Below, in pieces: positions 27,277-40,324 of a stretch of 64,000 nt of DNA. How positions within the stretch are numbered: the stretch's first letter is position 1; each line of letters begins with the position of its first letter. The notes under the pieces are model-generated. The model saw nothing but the letters and a program-made list of their open reading frames with translations. It was not told the origin of the DNA and ran no database searches. Source of the DNA: the human T2T-CHM13v2.0 reference genome, Homo sapiens; the NCBI RefSeq assembly GCF_009914755.1, contig NC_060930.1; one strand, written 5' to 3'. A program made the position numbers and the translations under genes.

Positions 27277-27848
27277 TGTCAACCTAAAATAATCAAAAGG
27301 GTCAGAATCTGACTTAGAGAGAGTTTATTCAAGGGCAAAGTTTGAGGATAGCCCACCTATAAACACCAGCTCCAAAGGAATGGAGTCAGTGTTCTGAAGT
27401 AGGGAAGTTAAAGTTTCATTTATATATAGTCAGAGACCAGGGAGTTTTTAGCAGGATTACAACATTTTTCTGACAAAGTTGGCACACAATTGCAGCAATT
27501 TGATTGGTTGTATAGGCTGTGTTTCTTTTTGGGAAGGATACATATAACATTTGTTACAGAGGGTATAGTGGTTATGGGTTTTCTGTCAACTGGCCTAAGC
27601 AAAGCAGGACAAGAAAGGGGAAGTTAATCTGTAACAAGGGTCATTAAGATGGCAGCAGGTTTTTGTCCCTGTTGTTGTTTGAGTCTCTCTAGTCACTGTA
27701 CAGAACAAGAACAATAAGAAACAAGTTGTTCTATAATCTGAGAAACAGAAGTCACAACCCTGTGTGGCTCAGATCACAATCACATCTCTCTCAAGGCTTA
27801 AAGTGTCTTCAGGGTTCCAACAGGTTTTAAATCATATTTATTTTCACA
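27277..27848 (-). mobile_element. ERV1 MER4-group solo LTR (MER72/MER87-like)
   Basis: TG...CA ends (reverse strand TGTGAAAATAAA...AGGTTGACA), AATAAA on the - strand, TSD-like ttgg/ctgg. Confidence 0.75.
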
Positions 27849-30800
27849 CTGGGTACATTGTGGACCGCTAAGTCCTTTGAGAGTAAGAAGCATGTCTTCT
27901 GCATTTTGTGTCACCCATCCATGAGAGAAAGGTTTTATATAAAATGAGTAAATTTTTGAGTGGTATAAGATTAAGTAAATTTTAGATCTATGGAAAAGGC
28001 ACTTACGTGAAATTCTCTGATGATACTGAACAAATTGCATTGTTGTCTTGGTCCAGTCAACAGGCATCTTTTTGATCCTTTGAGGTACCAAGCAGGTTTT
28101 ACCCTTAGGGCATCTGACCTAGCTGTTACCTCTCCCTGGAAATCTCTTTTATTCTGGAATGTCACATAGCAACTCCTTCTTAAGGCCAAGTGCACTGACC
28201 CATCTTAGAGAGGCTTTCTGCAACTTCTCAGACCATTGTTGGTTTTGCATGGTGACAAAGCCTGTCTCCAGTCACTCCATCACAGTGCCCTGTTCGCGCT
28301 ATCACAGCCAGGCCAGTTGTTGCCCACTTGCTCATCATATGCATCTCTTAAGCTTCAGGAGAGCAGAGGCCCTGTCTGCTCTGATAATCATTGTATCTCC
28401 AGGACCTAGAATAGTGCTGAGCTCACAGTAATGCCCCTTACATCATACTATATTATTTAAAATCAGTGGGTTTTGACATTGGCTGCCCATCAGTGTCACC
28501 AGTGGGGATTAACAAAACACAGATGTGCAAGGTTAACCTCAAAGATTCTAATTCAGTAGGACTTGAGTGATGCCCTTAAATTTGGCTCTAAATGTATTAA
28601 TCATCAAAGACTCAGGAAAACAAGGAAAGATAAGCTTTCTGTAGCTTCCAAAGTTGTAGCTGTTTTTAAAATTGTTTATATTTTCTTTTAAACTCTCATC
28701 CCATATCCTTAAGCCTTGTGACTGCCACAGAGAGAAAATAAGATCAAGCATGAGCTTACATTAGCCACAGAAACACCTGGGGCAGTTCCAAAGTTTTAAT
28801 TACTGCTTCATTAATGTAAAAGCTTAACTATAGTTGTAATGTATAAACAACTTTTGGCATGTGCCCTGCAAATGCAAAAAAGTCTAAATAATTATTGTCG
28901 TGGCTCCTGTCTCAACGCAAGACCAATGATCGCCAAATTATTTTTAAGACATGGACTACATTAAAAAGTTATTGAATTATGTTTTCTGTTAGCTTATATA
29001 AAGCACATGACATTTAATAACTTGCAAAGAAATGCTTATTTTATCTGTAATATATACTTTGGTGTTTATCAGATTCTGTTCAAACTGTGTAGCAAATTTC
29101 CTTGAAAATAGAACTTTCTTTTTTCCTCACATCCCTGTATTTGATATCAGACTATTCTTAGACTCTCCACCTCACTCATCACCATGGTGTCTACGGACTT
29201 ATAAGTATGACATGCTGTCACCCTTATTTATACATGAGGTATGGAGGTGAGCGTGAATAAGAATCTTGCTCAGAGCCAATTAGTTGCAGATCCAGCATTG
29301 GAATTCCTCTCCCATAGTATCAAAAGTGTAGTCATATTCCTAGATCATTAGGCAGGAAGAAAAAGAAAATAAAAGAAAAACTACTCAGAGACATCTGGCC
29401 GGATCTGTGCCTTTCATCAGAATAATCATGTCCTGAATCTCCCACTGGGGTTGTCAGAAAAGATTTTTCCCAAGCTTTTCTATACCACGGAGAGCTACAT
29501 TTAATTTATAACCTGAAAGTATCCCCTAAAACAGACTCATAATCATGCTTGCTGAAATTTTAGCCCAGCCTTCTTGCTTGCTGAGAAAAGAGCTGGCTGT
29601 CCTTTCTCTTTGAATAAGCCTCCTTGTATGAACAGTCTCTAGAGATGTCCCTTTTCCAGATGAAAATCTGTTTTATGTGTTATCATGTTGACCTTCCAAT
29701 CCCTTGAATGATTTTACGTTTTCATCTTGGTAGGTCTGTTCTCTCTATAATCTAATTTAATAGTTCTAATCTGCACATATCCACCACATATCTAGTTCAA
29801 TATCAAGCAGGTATCCAGTGAGTTCACAAACTCAGAAGGGCAAGAAATATAACTTTTCTTATTTTTCGGCAACTCATTTTCACTTCTATTTTGAGTTCTT
29901 TTTCTACCAGGAGAATTTTAGGGAAATGTTTGCCCCCAGATCAAGAGACACTCTCCTCTTTCTGCTTGCTAGGCCCAAAAGAACAGACTCTTTTGAAAAG
30001 TGCAGAGTTTAGAACTCTAAGAGGAAGAACAGTCAGAAGGATTTTTTTTTAAGCAAAGTCTATTTTTCACCCAAGGTGGAATATAATATAAAGTACTAAT
30101 CAGTTATACAAACATGTTATTTATAAAATAACAGCCCACTAAGCGTCAGAGGTGAGGGGTTGCCCCATCCAATTTTCAGAGTCTAAAAGAGGCATCTGGG
30201 TGTCCATTACCTGAAACAGCACAGGCGCTAGTGTCTCCAGAGAAAAGGAAATGGAAGAGGGAGGCAGGGGATGTTACAACAGGGTGTGATTAATAGCAGC
30301 TCACTGCTGGAGTTCACTCAGGAAAGGCTGGGTAAATGCTGCAGCTCAAGGTCAGTGTGAGGCAGGCCAAGGGATCGGTTAGCCCTGGAACTTCTGAGTG
30401 AGTCCTTGGCTCCAGTTAAACAAGAAGCAGCCAAGATCTGGGAAGGTCAACACAGTCAAAGCCCTACCAGGAACTAGGATTATACCCTGGGCTTCAAGCC
30501 AAGACCAGGGCACTCTGGCTGATCTGAGTGTGATCTTGAACTCTGCTTTGCCCTCTGAGAGAAGGAGCCGAAGCTCTGTCTACCTTCAGGGACAGAGGTC
30601 TGGAGTTAGTTTCCTGATTACAGCAGGAACAACCCAAGAGGCCATCAGATACTGGGAGGTTCTTACAGTGCTCTAAACCCTTTCAGGCAATTTGAGTCTT
30701 CTGTGTCTATTGTCTTCACAGGCATCTTGTATAGTGTTGGAAACCTATAGTGATAAGTGATTTTCAGCTACTTACTAGAGATGGGAGAATTTCAAAGTCC

Positions 30801-31159
30801 TTTCCTTCATTGTCCATCTTTACTCATTTGGGTAGAGTTATACCCAGTTCTATCCCTGCATACATACTTGCATGCATGGGGTAAGAGAGATCTATTTACA
30901 AACACGTGACCACAAACACATGACCAGCTTCCAAAGCTGAGAATGCCAAGGACACATGGAAGTTATTGGTCACCTGAGTATAGAAAAAGCAGGGAAACCC
31001 AGCTCAACCACTTTCTGTCTATGAACGTCAATTTTCCTCTTTATAAATTAGGGATGTGTATAAAATAATGTGCATAAAATCTTTGGCACAGTGCCTAACA
31101 CATTGTGAACACAAGTGTCAGCCAAAATTATGAGCATGCAGCTGTCTCTGTGTCTGTTG

Positions 31160-31382
31160 AGCAGAGCTTCCTCAATGTGTTGTCAATGGCTCAATTTTGG
31201 AAACGGGCAATGTCTCGAGACAGTGCTGATTGCCACAACTTACGGGATGAGTACTACTCGTATCTAGTTGGCAGAGGCCAGATATACTGCTGAGCATCCT
31301 GCAGTGAACACACAGTTCCCTACAATCACAACAATGAGTTCCCCTACCTGAAATTCCATAGTGCTGAGGCTGAGAAATCCGG
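31160..31382. mobile_element. MER20 (hAT-Charlie)
   Basis: 'ggcaatgtctcgagaca...gattgccacaact...ggcagaggccaga...tagtgctgaggctgagaaatcc'. Confidence 0.8.
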
Positions 31383-31831
31383 CGAAATGGTCATAGCAAG
31401 ATGAGATGAGTTTAGCTGATTGCCTTCATCCTTAGGAATAAGAACATGTTAACATATTAACATTATTGACCTCTACCAGCACTTAAAGGACAAAAAGCCT
31501 ATCAAATCTAAACCTTGCTATGAAACAAAATCTGATTCTTGTGAGAGAAAAGTCTTCCTTGATTCTCAAGAGAAAGTAAAAGGTTTTTGTGGTTTTGACT
31601 TAAATAATTCTAATGACTCGATTTGTTTATTGGACAATAGATTGAAGGAGCTAAGCTGGATTTTGTTGATTTTAATTTTTACCAGTAATGTAGTATAAAA
31701 AATGTTTTGCTAGACTTGTATGATTTACTAAATAATTATTGATATTTGCATATCATGTAGGATCAAGAAAAAGTCACATGTTAAATTCTGTGTACAGAGA
31801 TAATTATTTTCAGTCAAATGAAAGTAAAAGA

Positions 31832-32130
<299 letters not shown>

Positions 32131-32899
32131 AAAGTAAAGGAGATATTAAGTTTAGCTTGCCTGCAATATACAAATTAAATGTGCTAGAATTGAGCACTTA
32201 TAGCACAAATTATAGGAAATAAGATAGTGAAAAATTAAAAATTACTTAGGTCATAAAAATGCAGAAAATACATAAAGATGCTTTGGAGCCATAGAGCACC
32301 TGTTAAAGCTTGACTTTCATTGTATTTCCATGTTGTTCCATTACATTAGGGGAAGCCTCCTTAGTGGCTCATCACCTCATTGCCTAGACTGGGTAAGCAG
32401 GGACACAGGGTCATTGCTACCTTTCACAGGTGCTTTACTGTGCTAAACTTCTGAAAAGCCACCTTTTAAAAAGGGAACATGCATTTTCAAAGCCACTGAT
32501 TATTAAACCCCTCTTTCAGTCATCTTATTTGCAGACTTTCATTTTTGAGCTTTGTTTGCCATCTGGGAAGGATTTTGAAAGAGAACATAGGCCTCTTCCT
32601 GCTTTTATGTTCAGCATGCCATGAATTGCATTAATGAATTCTTAAGATCGTTTGATCTATTTAAAAAAATAGCTCTAGATTCAGTCAGTTGTTAAAAAAA
32701 TGTGTTCAAGATTGTCTATAATTGCACTAGCCACAAACAGATTTTCGTAGGTATTTTCTTTGTAAAGAATCTATTTGAAATATTGGAAATGTTTTCAGGA
32801 ACTAGAGACAAAAGATATACATGGTTTTTTGAATAATTTAGCATGTCCTAATTTTTAAATGTCCCTCAGTAGTCATTTATCTGCAGAGCAAGTAAATAC

Positions 32900-34200
32900 A
32901 AATTTTAAAAAAATTAACAGTTATATACGTGCTTATTGTAAACAGTCAAGTAATACAGAGGAATATAAAACAGAGTGAATCATCTTCTCCCTGTCCAACC
33001 TCACCCTTTTGCAGCAGCCAACATTAACAATTTGGTACATATCCTTTCTCAACTTTCTCAATGCTCATACAAATGCATGGATGTTCATGTTCACATAAAA
33101 ATGGTGTTTTATTCCTCCCCCAAATGGTGCAGATGCAAATATGATGCAGTAACTTGATTTTTGCATTCAACAATATACAATGAAAATTCCTCCTAGTCAA
33201 TACGTGTCAATCCAATTCATTATTTTGTCAACCTAAGGTAGTCATAAGGGTCAGAATCCAATTTAAGGAGAGGTTATTTAAGTGCATATTGTGAGGGTGG
33301 CCAACTCAAACATGCCAACTCCAAAGGAATGGAGTCAGCGTTCTAAAGTAGGGAAATTAAGGTTTCATTTATGTAGTCAGGGACAGGGAAGTTTTTAGCA
33401 TATTTCATTTTTCAGACAGGGTTGGCACATTGTTACAGCAATTTGATTGGTTTATAGGCAGCGTTTCTTTTTGGAAAAGTTACATTTAACATTCATTACA
33501 GAGGGCATAGTAGTCATGGGTTTTCTGTCATGTGGTCTTAGCAAAGCAAGGTAACAAAGAGGAAGTCAATCTATAGCAAGGGTCATTAAGAAGGCAGGAG
33601 ATTTTTGTCCTGGACATTTAATTATCTCTAGCCATTGTAGAGAACGAGAAAAATAAGAAAGTGAGTTAATGTATAATCTGAGAAACAGAAATTATAACCA
33701 TATGTGACTCAGATCACAGTCACATCTTTCTCAAGACTTAAAGTGCTTTGGGGGTCGCAACAACTTTTGCATTATATTTATTTTCACAAATTTTAATAAC
33801 TGAAAAATAGTATACAGTGTGGGTATATTATACTTGAATACTGGTGCCCTACTGATGGACGTTTAGGTTTTTGTAGTTTTCTACCACTACCAACAATGAT
33901 TTATACTCTCTCCTTAGGTTTGCACCTTTTTTTCTGTAAGATTGATTCTCAAAAGTGGGATGGCAGTGTCAAAGGCTCTCCCAATCAGGTGTCACAGTGC
34001 AAAAGCCAACAATGTGTGGTTAAAGGATCCATTTTTTCACAATCTTGCCAACACAGGCTCTTATCCCATTTTGGCTTCTTTGCAAATATCTTAGATGAAA
34101 AACAGTATCTCTGTGATTCTAATTTGTGCTTTCCCTATTGCTAGTGAGGATAAGTGTCTTTTCATATTTCATCTCACCATTGCATTTTCTTGTCTGTGAC
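32900..34200 (-). mobile_element. Old L1 3' region (L1ME-like), split by an LTR
   Basis: 'tgatggacgtttaggttttt', 'ttttcacaatcttgccaacac' and 'aaaacagtatctc...aatttgtgctttcc'. Confidence 0.6.
33226..33788 (-). mobile_element. ERV1 MER4-group solo LTR, same family as 27277-27848
   Basis: Collinear with the first copy ('ctccaaaggaatggagtcag', 'tataatctgagaaacagaa', 'ctcagatcaca'). Confidence 0.75.
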
Positions 34201-35124
34201 TTGAGTGAAACTTTTCTAATTCTTGCATATTTTATTCTTGCTCAACATGTCACGACTCAGAAACACATATTTCCATCTCCTTTAGCATTTATTTTGCTAC
34301 TCAGATTTCAGAAGGAAAAAGGATTTTTTTCCTGGGCATTGTCAGTAGTAGCTATTTGGAATGCTAAAGATTTGATAAGAGACATTGAAGAAATGTGAAT
34401 GTTACTGAACCGATTTGCTTAAAGTAAAGGGAAGACTGTCTATACGTCTGACCAATGCTTTTTGAATGTTCAGGCCCCTGAATCTGGCTGCAGTCCCAGT
34501 AGGCATGGGTCCAGGCGTGATGTGTTTGTGGTTGCATCATGGCATCGCTGTCTAACCCTCGCCTTTGCATTGAAGTTGTGCAAAGATTAGAGAACTGTAA
34601 AAATCTCAGGCCTGTCTGAGGAAGTCTTTCTTACTATCTATCCCTTTCTTTAAACATGCCTTGAAAAAAAAAGCTACATTTTGTCCTGCTTTGTGTTCAT
34701 AGTGAATATCTTTCATTGTCAAGAAAATTTTTTCCTGAACTAGCTCTGAAAGATGACTCAGCACTTTATAAGATCAGTGAGCCTTTAAGGAATGACCTAA
34801 GATGGAATGTATCCTGTCCAGTGAAGCTCAAGGCATGCACAGGTCGTGTTCACCTCACTCCCTCAGGAGTTGAAGGAGATAAGAAACTGGTCCCACAGCC
34901 CTCAACTCTAGCTTGGGTGCCTCGCAGCTACTCAGCTAACCAAAGAAATGAGTGGAAAATCAGTTCTCTGGTCTATTTTTGATGGTGTGAGAAGAAGGAG
35001 GATGAGGAGGAGAAGGAGAAGAAGAAGAGATTACTTCTCATTTTAATTGAAATGAGTGACTTTTTATTAATGAGCTTGAATTCAGAATAATTTATTACCC
35101 TGGAGTTTTCTTATAATATAATAA

Positions 35125-35460
<336 letters not shown>

Positions 35461-36095
35461 TCAGTGGAGGTTTATCTTGTCAGGTTTGGCTTCCTTTTCC
35501 CAGTTCCATGAAATGTGAATTTGAATATGTGTTTGTGTGGTCAGGGAGAGTGTTGGGAAATGAGGGTGGGATACAGAGAGAAGGATGATTTAAAGGTTTA
35601 GATGGTCTGGTTATTTTTAGTTTTTCTATTCCCATTTCTGCAATAGTTTTTATTTTTCCTCATACACTATGGGAGTTTGTTCACAGAAGGAAGTTCCTGG
35701 AGCCTATCCATCAGGAACATTAACTATATTTTTGTTTGTTTTTTTGCATAACTATTTGTTTAGTTTTTCCTTCCCAAATTTGTGGCTGCTGTGTTCTTGT
35801 GACTTTTTGTCGGGGGTGTTTTTTTCTTGCTTGCAGTGTTACCCACAATGCATCTATTTTGTGTGTATTAAACAGTCCCTTTCAAGAGTACAAATAATGG
35901 TTTGAAATAGGAAGAGTATCCCAAATGCTTTAATCTTATATTTGAAATGTAGGAAATTGGAGGAGCTGAGGATATTTGTGACACATATTTTACATCTTCT
36001 CATTGAAAATAGAGCTGTTGTTTGTCTGCATGGTTTTGAGTTTGGTCACTGAAATGCTAATGACACAGCAGAAACCCTTGGTGTGTGCATAAGGC

Positions 36096-36220
36096 CACAT
36101 GACCTCAGGTCAGGAATAAAAGCTTAGGGCTGAGCAGCTCACTCTTTGGTTGAGAATCCAGTTGGCTCCCCTGGAGTGAAGTTCTACACAGACCCTGGAG
36201 GAACCACCCCATCTGTAAGG
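36096..36220 (+). promoter_or_regulatory. Candidate alternative promoter and short non-coding first exon
   Basis: CACATGAC E/M-box overlapping TGACCT-C-AGGTCA, TATA-like AATAAAAG (36115), then donor TCT|GTAAGG at 36215. Confidence 0.35.
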
Positions 36221-36739
36221 AACCTAAGTTTCTGTATTTCTGGCTTTCATTGTAGAAAACCTGATGTCTTCTATACTTGTTCCCTTGACCTACTTCTAAA
36301 ACAGTTTATAAACAATTTCAATAATATTCACAGTCAAGTAGAGCTGTCTTTTACTGATATATTCTAAACAACATAAATTAAGGTGGAGCTTAGAACATAT
36401 AACACAACTATGTCCTAATGACATGAGGAGACACCTTTCTCCTGCAAATAGTCCCAGATATACATCAGTTTTCAACTTGTCAGGATGGCGGATAAGATTC
36501 TGCTGTAGGTGTCTTTAATTACCAAGTGGAACTAACATTCTAGTGTTACCTGCAATGTAATGAAGAGCCTGATTCATCTTGATCTTTTTCACTGTACTTA
36601 CTTATCGTTTTCCTGAGAAAGTGTGGCTTTAGCATTTGTTTTACCTGAGCATATAAAGGTATAAACTCAAGCAGAACATTGATAGAATGAAAGCTAGACC
36701 CTGGCTTAATGTAGTCCTTGAAGGAACAAGATGCATTAA

Positions 36740-37215
<476 letters not shown>

Positions 37216-39858
37216 TATCAGATTTAATTTATAGGCATTTGAATAGTACAAATGTAAGGGCATGATAGCTAATTAAATTATTCCCCAAATATTTATTGAA
37301 CACCTAGTGTGAACAAGGAAGCAGTGATACGAAGAATGGGGCATCTAACAATCTAGAGGAAGAAAAAGACAATGAATTGTGGAATTAAAATACAGCATAG
37401 TAAGTGCTTCAATATTAAGTCACCTAACTCTTTATTCTCCACAATGTTTAGCAAATAATCTTTTGCTGTTCATTTGGTTTTTCAAGTAGATTTTGTTCTG
37501 AGGAAGGAAAGAGAGCACAGAATTTACCTTAAGGTATTTGGTCTACTAGTCAAACCAGTCTCCCAGCAGATTTGTTAGTAGAAATTATCTCCCAAGAGGC
37601 TAATCACCATTGTGTAAACTGATGGAATACAATTTCTGGACCTAAGAAAACACAGGTGAAGCCTTGGAATATGATATGTCTCAAATATGCAGCAAACTTG
37701 GTGACCCCGACCTGAAAGGCCGGCTGATCTTATGTGGTAATGAAAGCTGGGTCTTAATGCAGGGACATTTTCTGTAGTTAGCCCAGTGAAATGATGTCCC
37801 AAGCCAGCCACTCCCACGCTTCTGAGCAGTGTCACCTTAGATGGTCCTTCCCATCACTCCAAATTTCCACAGCTTCCAGTGCCTTCAAGAGCATACTGTA
37901 TAGGCACAAGCTAGGGATGGGACCAGGGAGGCCTTGGGTAAAAGCAGCCAGTTCAGGCTCTCTGAGATTCTTGTCTCTGGAGGTGAATAGGAGTCCTTGC
38001 TTAGGTCTTGGCCACAGGGATAATAATTTAGGCTTATGTATATTCCTGAAACCTTTAATTGGTTTGAGCTCCTGGAAGATTCTCCACCCTTTAGGACCAT
38101 GTGGTACTTGGTTAACTGTTGGGTACCATATACTTTCTGCTATCTTTAGTATTACATTGAATTTTGGTGACTTAATAATACATGGTTAACCTGAGATTAT
38201 TGTATCAATGGTATATTTTTCCTGGCAGTCAGAAGATGGCCACCTTGTACATATGGAAGAATGAGAAAGGGAAGGAAAGAGTTCCATGTATTTGTTGACC
38301 TCTATATGTAATAGCACGTCACTTCCATTTTTAGCCCAAGTTAGGTTTTGGACAGCCACAAATGTTTCTTTTGAGACTAGAGTCCATTTTAATCAGCATC
38401 TAACTATTTGGATTGTCACCTAAGCAGCATATTTAACAACAACAAAAAAGGAATAGATGTTTAATGTGGTCGGCTACAACTTCAGAAGCATCTTCTAAGC
38501 TCTTTCTATAGTCAACTGATTAGTACATTCTCAGGCTGAGCATTGCAGACATAATTTCTTTTTTTAGCCACATTATTAATGAAACCAAAGCTTTAGAAAA
38601 CAGTACTATTAATAGTGGTGACTCATGTGTTCTTTATATTTTCAGAAGGACAATAAATGTTTAGAGGACGATGTCTGAAATATTTTCTTCATAAAGTGTT
38701 TAACCATAACTATAGTAATAGGTAATATTATGTGTCTTAGTGCAATTTATAATGCAATTTGTAATGTCATTTATACTGTATATAGTATATAGTGGTAAGG
38801 TATCTAGTAATGTATATAATATTTTGTATATATATAATGAGATGAAAAAATATTTTAGATCAAATGAAGGCACAGAACATGATACTCATTATTCTAGTGC
38901 TGTTGGCAATTTGGTAGGATTCTTACAAGAGAAACAGAGGAAAAAGAGGTTTTCTAGAGTGACAGATGGCACTAAAAGCTAGGACTGAATAGAACATGAC
39001 TGAGGAATGCTGTGTGTGACAGCCTACATGGCTTAGAGGCTTTGGTAGGGACATCACAGGCAGTCTAGGTGGAATCACCACTTACAGCCAGCTATGGAGG
39101 ACTTTGAATGATTATATAAGAATTTTCAAATCTACGCCAGAAGCAATGGAGAATCCATCCATTGAATGTTTTTTGAACAGGGTTTTGGCATGTTGAAAGC
39201 AATGTGTTCAAAATATTCAGTGTTGTGTAGATTGGGTGGTGGAGAAAGAGAATACAAGCAGGAAGATGAAATTTGGCTAAGACTTCAGTAGTGTGAGTAT
39301 GTAGTGATGAAACCCCTAAATCACTGTCATATAGCGATGAAAATTAAAGGGTTATTTATTTTTCCTCATGCAGTCTGGGAGTTTGCTCAGTGAAGGAAGT
39401 TCCTGGAGTCAATGCATCAAGAACATTAACTATTTTTTGCTATTGACAAACAAACATCACAGATATTATGAAAAGAGCATCAAGAAGACTTGATTGTTTT
39501 TGTCTTAGGGGATTAATTCAACAAACATTGGTTGATCAAGTCCTGTCAGAAAGAGTTTGGGAGACATAAGCCACCCTGGACCTTTCCTAGTGGTCGATGT
39601 GGGGAAACTGCAGCTATTAAAGCTCAGGCTTAGGCATTCAGTAAGCCCAGATGGAGTCTTGAGTGGGATTGGGAGATTTCAGTTCCTGTCAAATTTCTGC
39701 ATGAGGTGTTGTGGTAAAGTCAAAATAGCATGAATTCTGTAACCTAACATATTTGCATTAAAATCTCAAGTTCACCACTCATCAGTTATGTGAGTTTGGG
39801 CAATTTATTTAACTTTCTGAACCATCATTTCCTTTTTGGAAAATGAGGAAATGCCACC

Positions 39859-40324
39859 TATGGAAGATGATTCTCCATAGATCTCTTCTGTTTCTACACA
39901 TTTTGTAAGCAGAGACACTGATGGTCTTTTTTCTGGACTATCCATTCAAATTTCTTAATAGTGAAAAACGTTGGAAGACAGAGACAGTGTCTCTTTCTAG
40001 AGCAGAAGTCAGTTTTGCTTCTTCCTCCAGAGCAAAGGTTTGCTTACTGCCTATTAGAAAAGATTCAGATTCCCTGAGCTCAAGTTTCTTCAGCTGAGAT
40101 GCAAACCCATTGCTTGTGCAGTATCCACCTAGGTCCCTCCATTTCACCCTCCATGGGACTTGGTAGCAAGGGGAACCCACTGGAACACAATGTTCATGCT
40201 ATTTGCTGTGCCATGAGTCTCTGATCTAGGAGTCTGGAATCTGCCAGAATCCATGGCACTGTTGTGGACTAACTTGTTAGCTTGCAAGCTGAGCAAAATC
40301 TCAGACCCTTTATAGTGCTTGATG
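39859..40324 (+). mobile_element. ERVL-class solo LTR (LTR40-like) inserted in a MIR
   Basis: 3' end 'ctaacttgttagcttgcaagctgagcaaaatctcagaccc'; flanked by ccacc TSD; MIR core upstream at 39710-39858. Confidence 0.7.
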
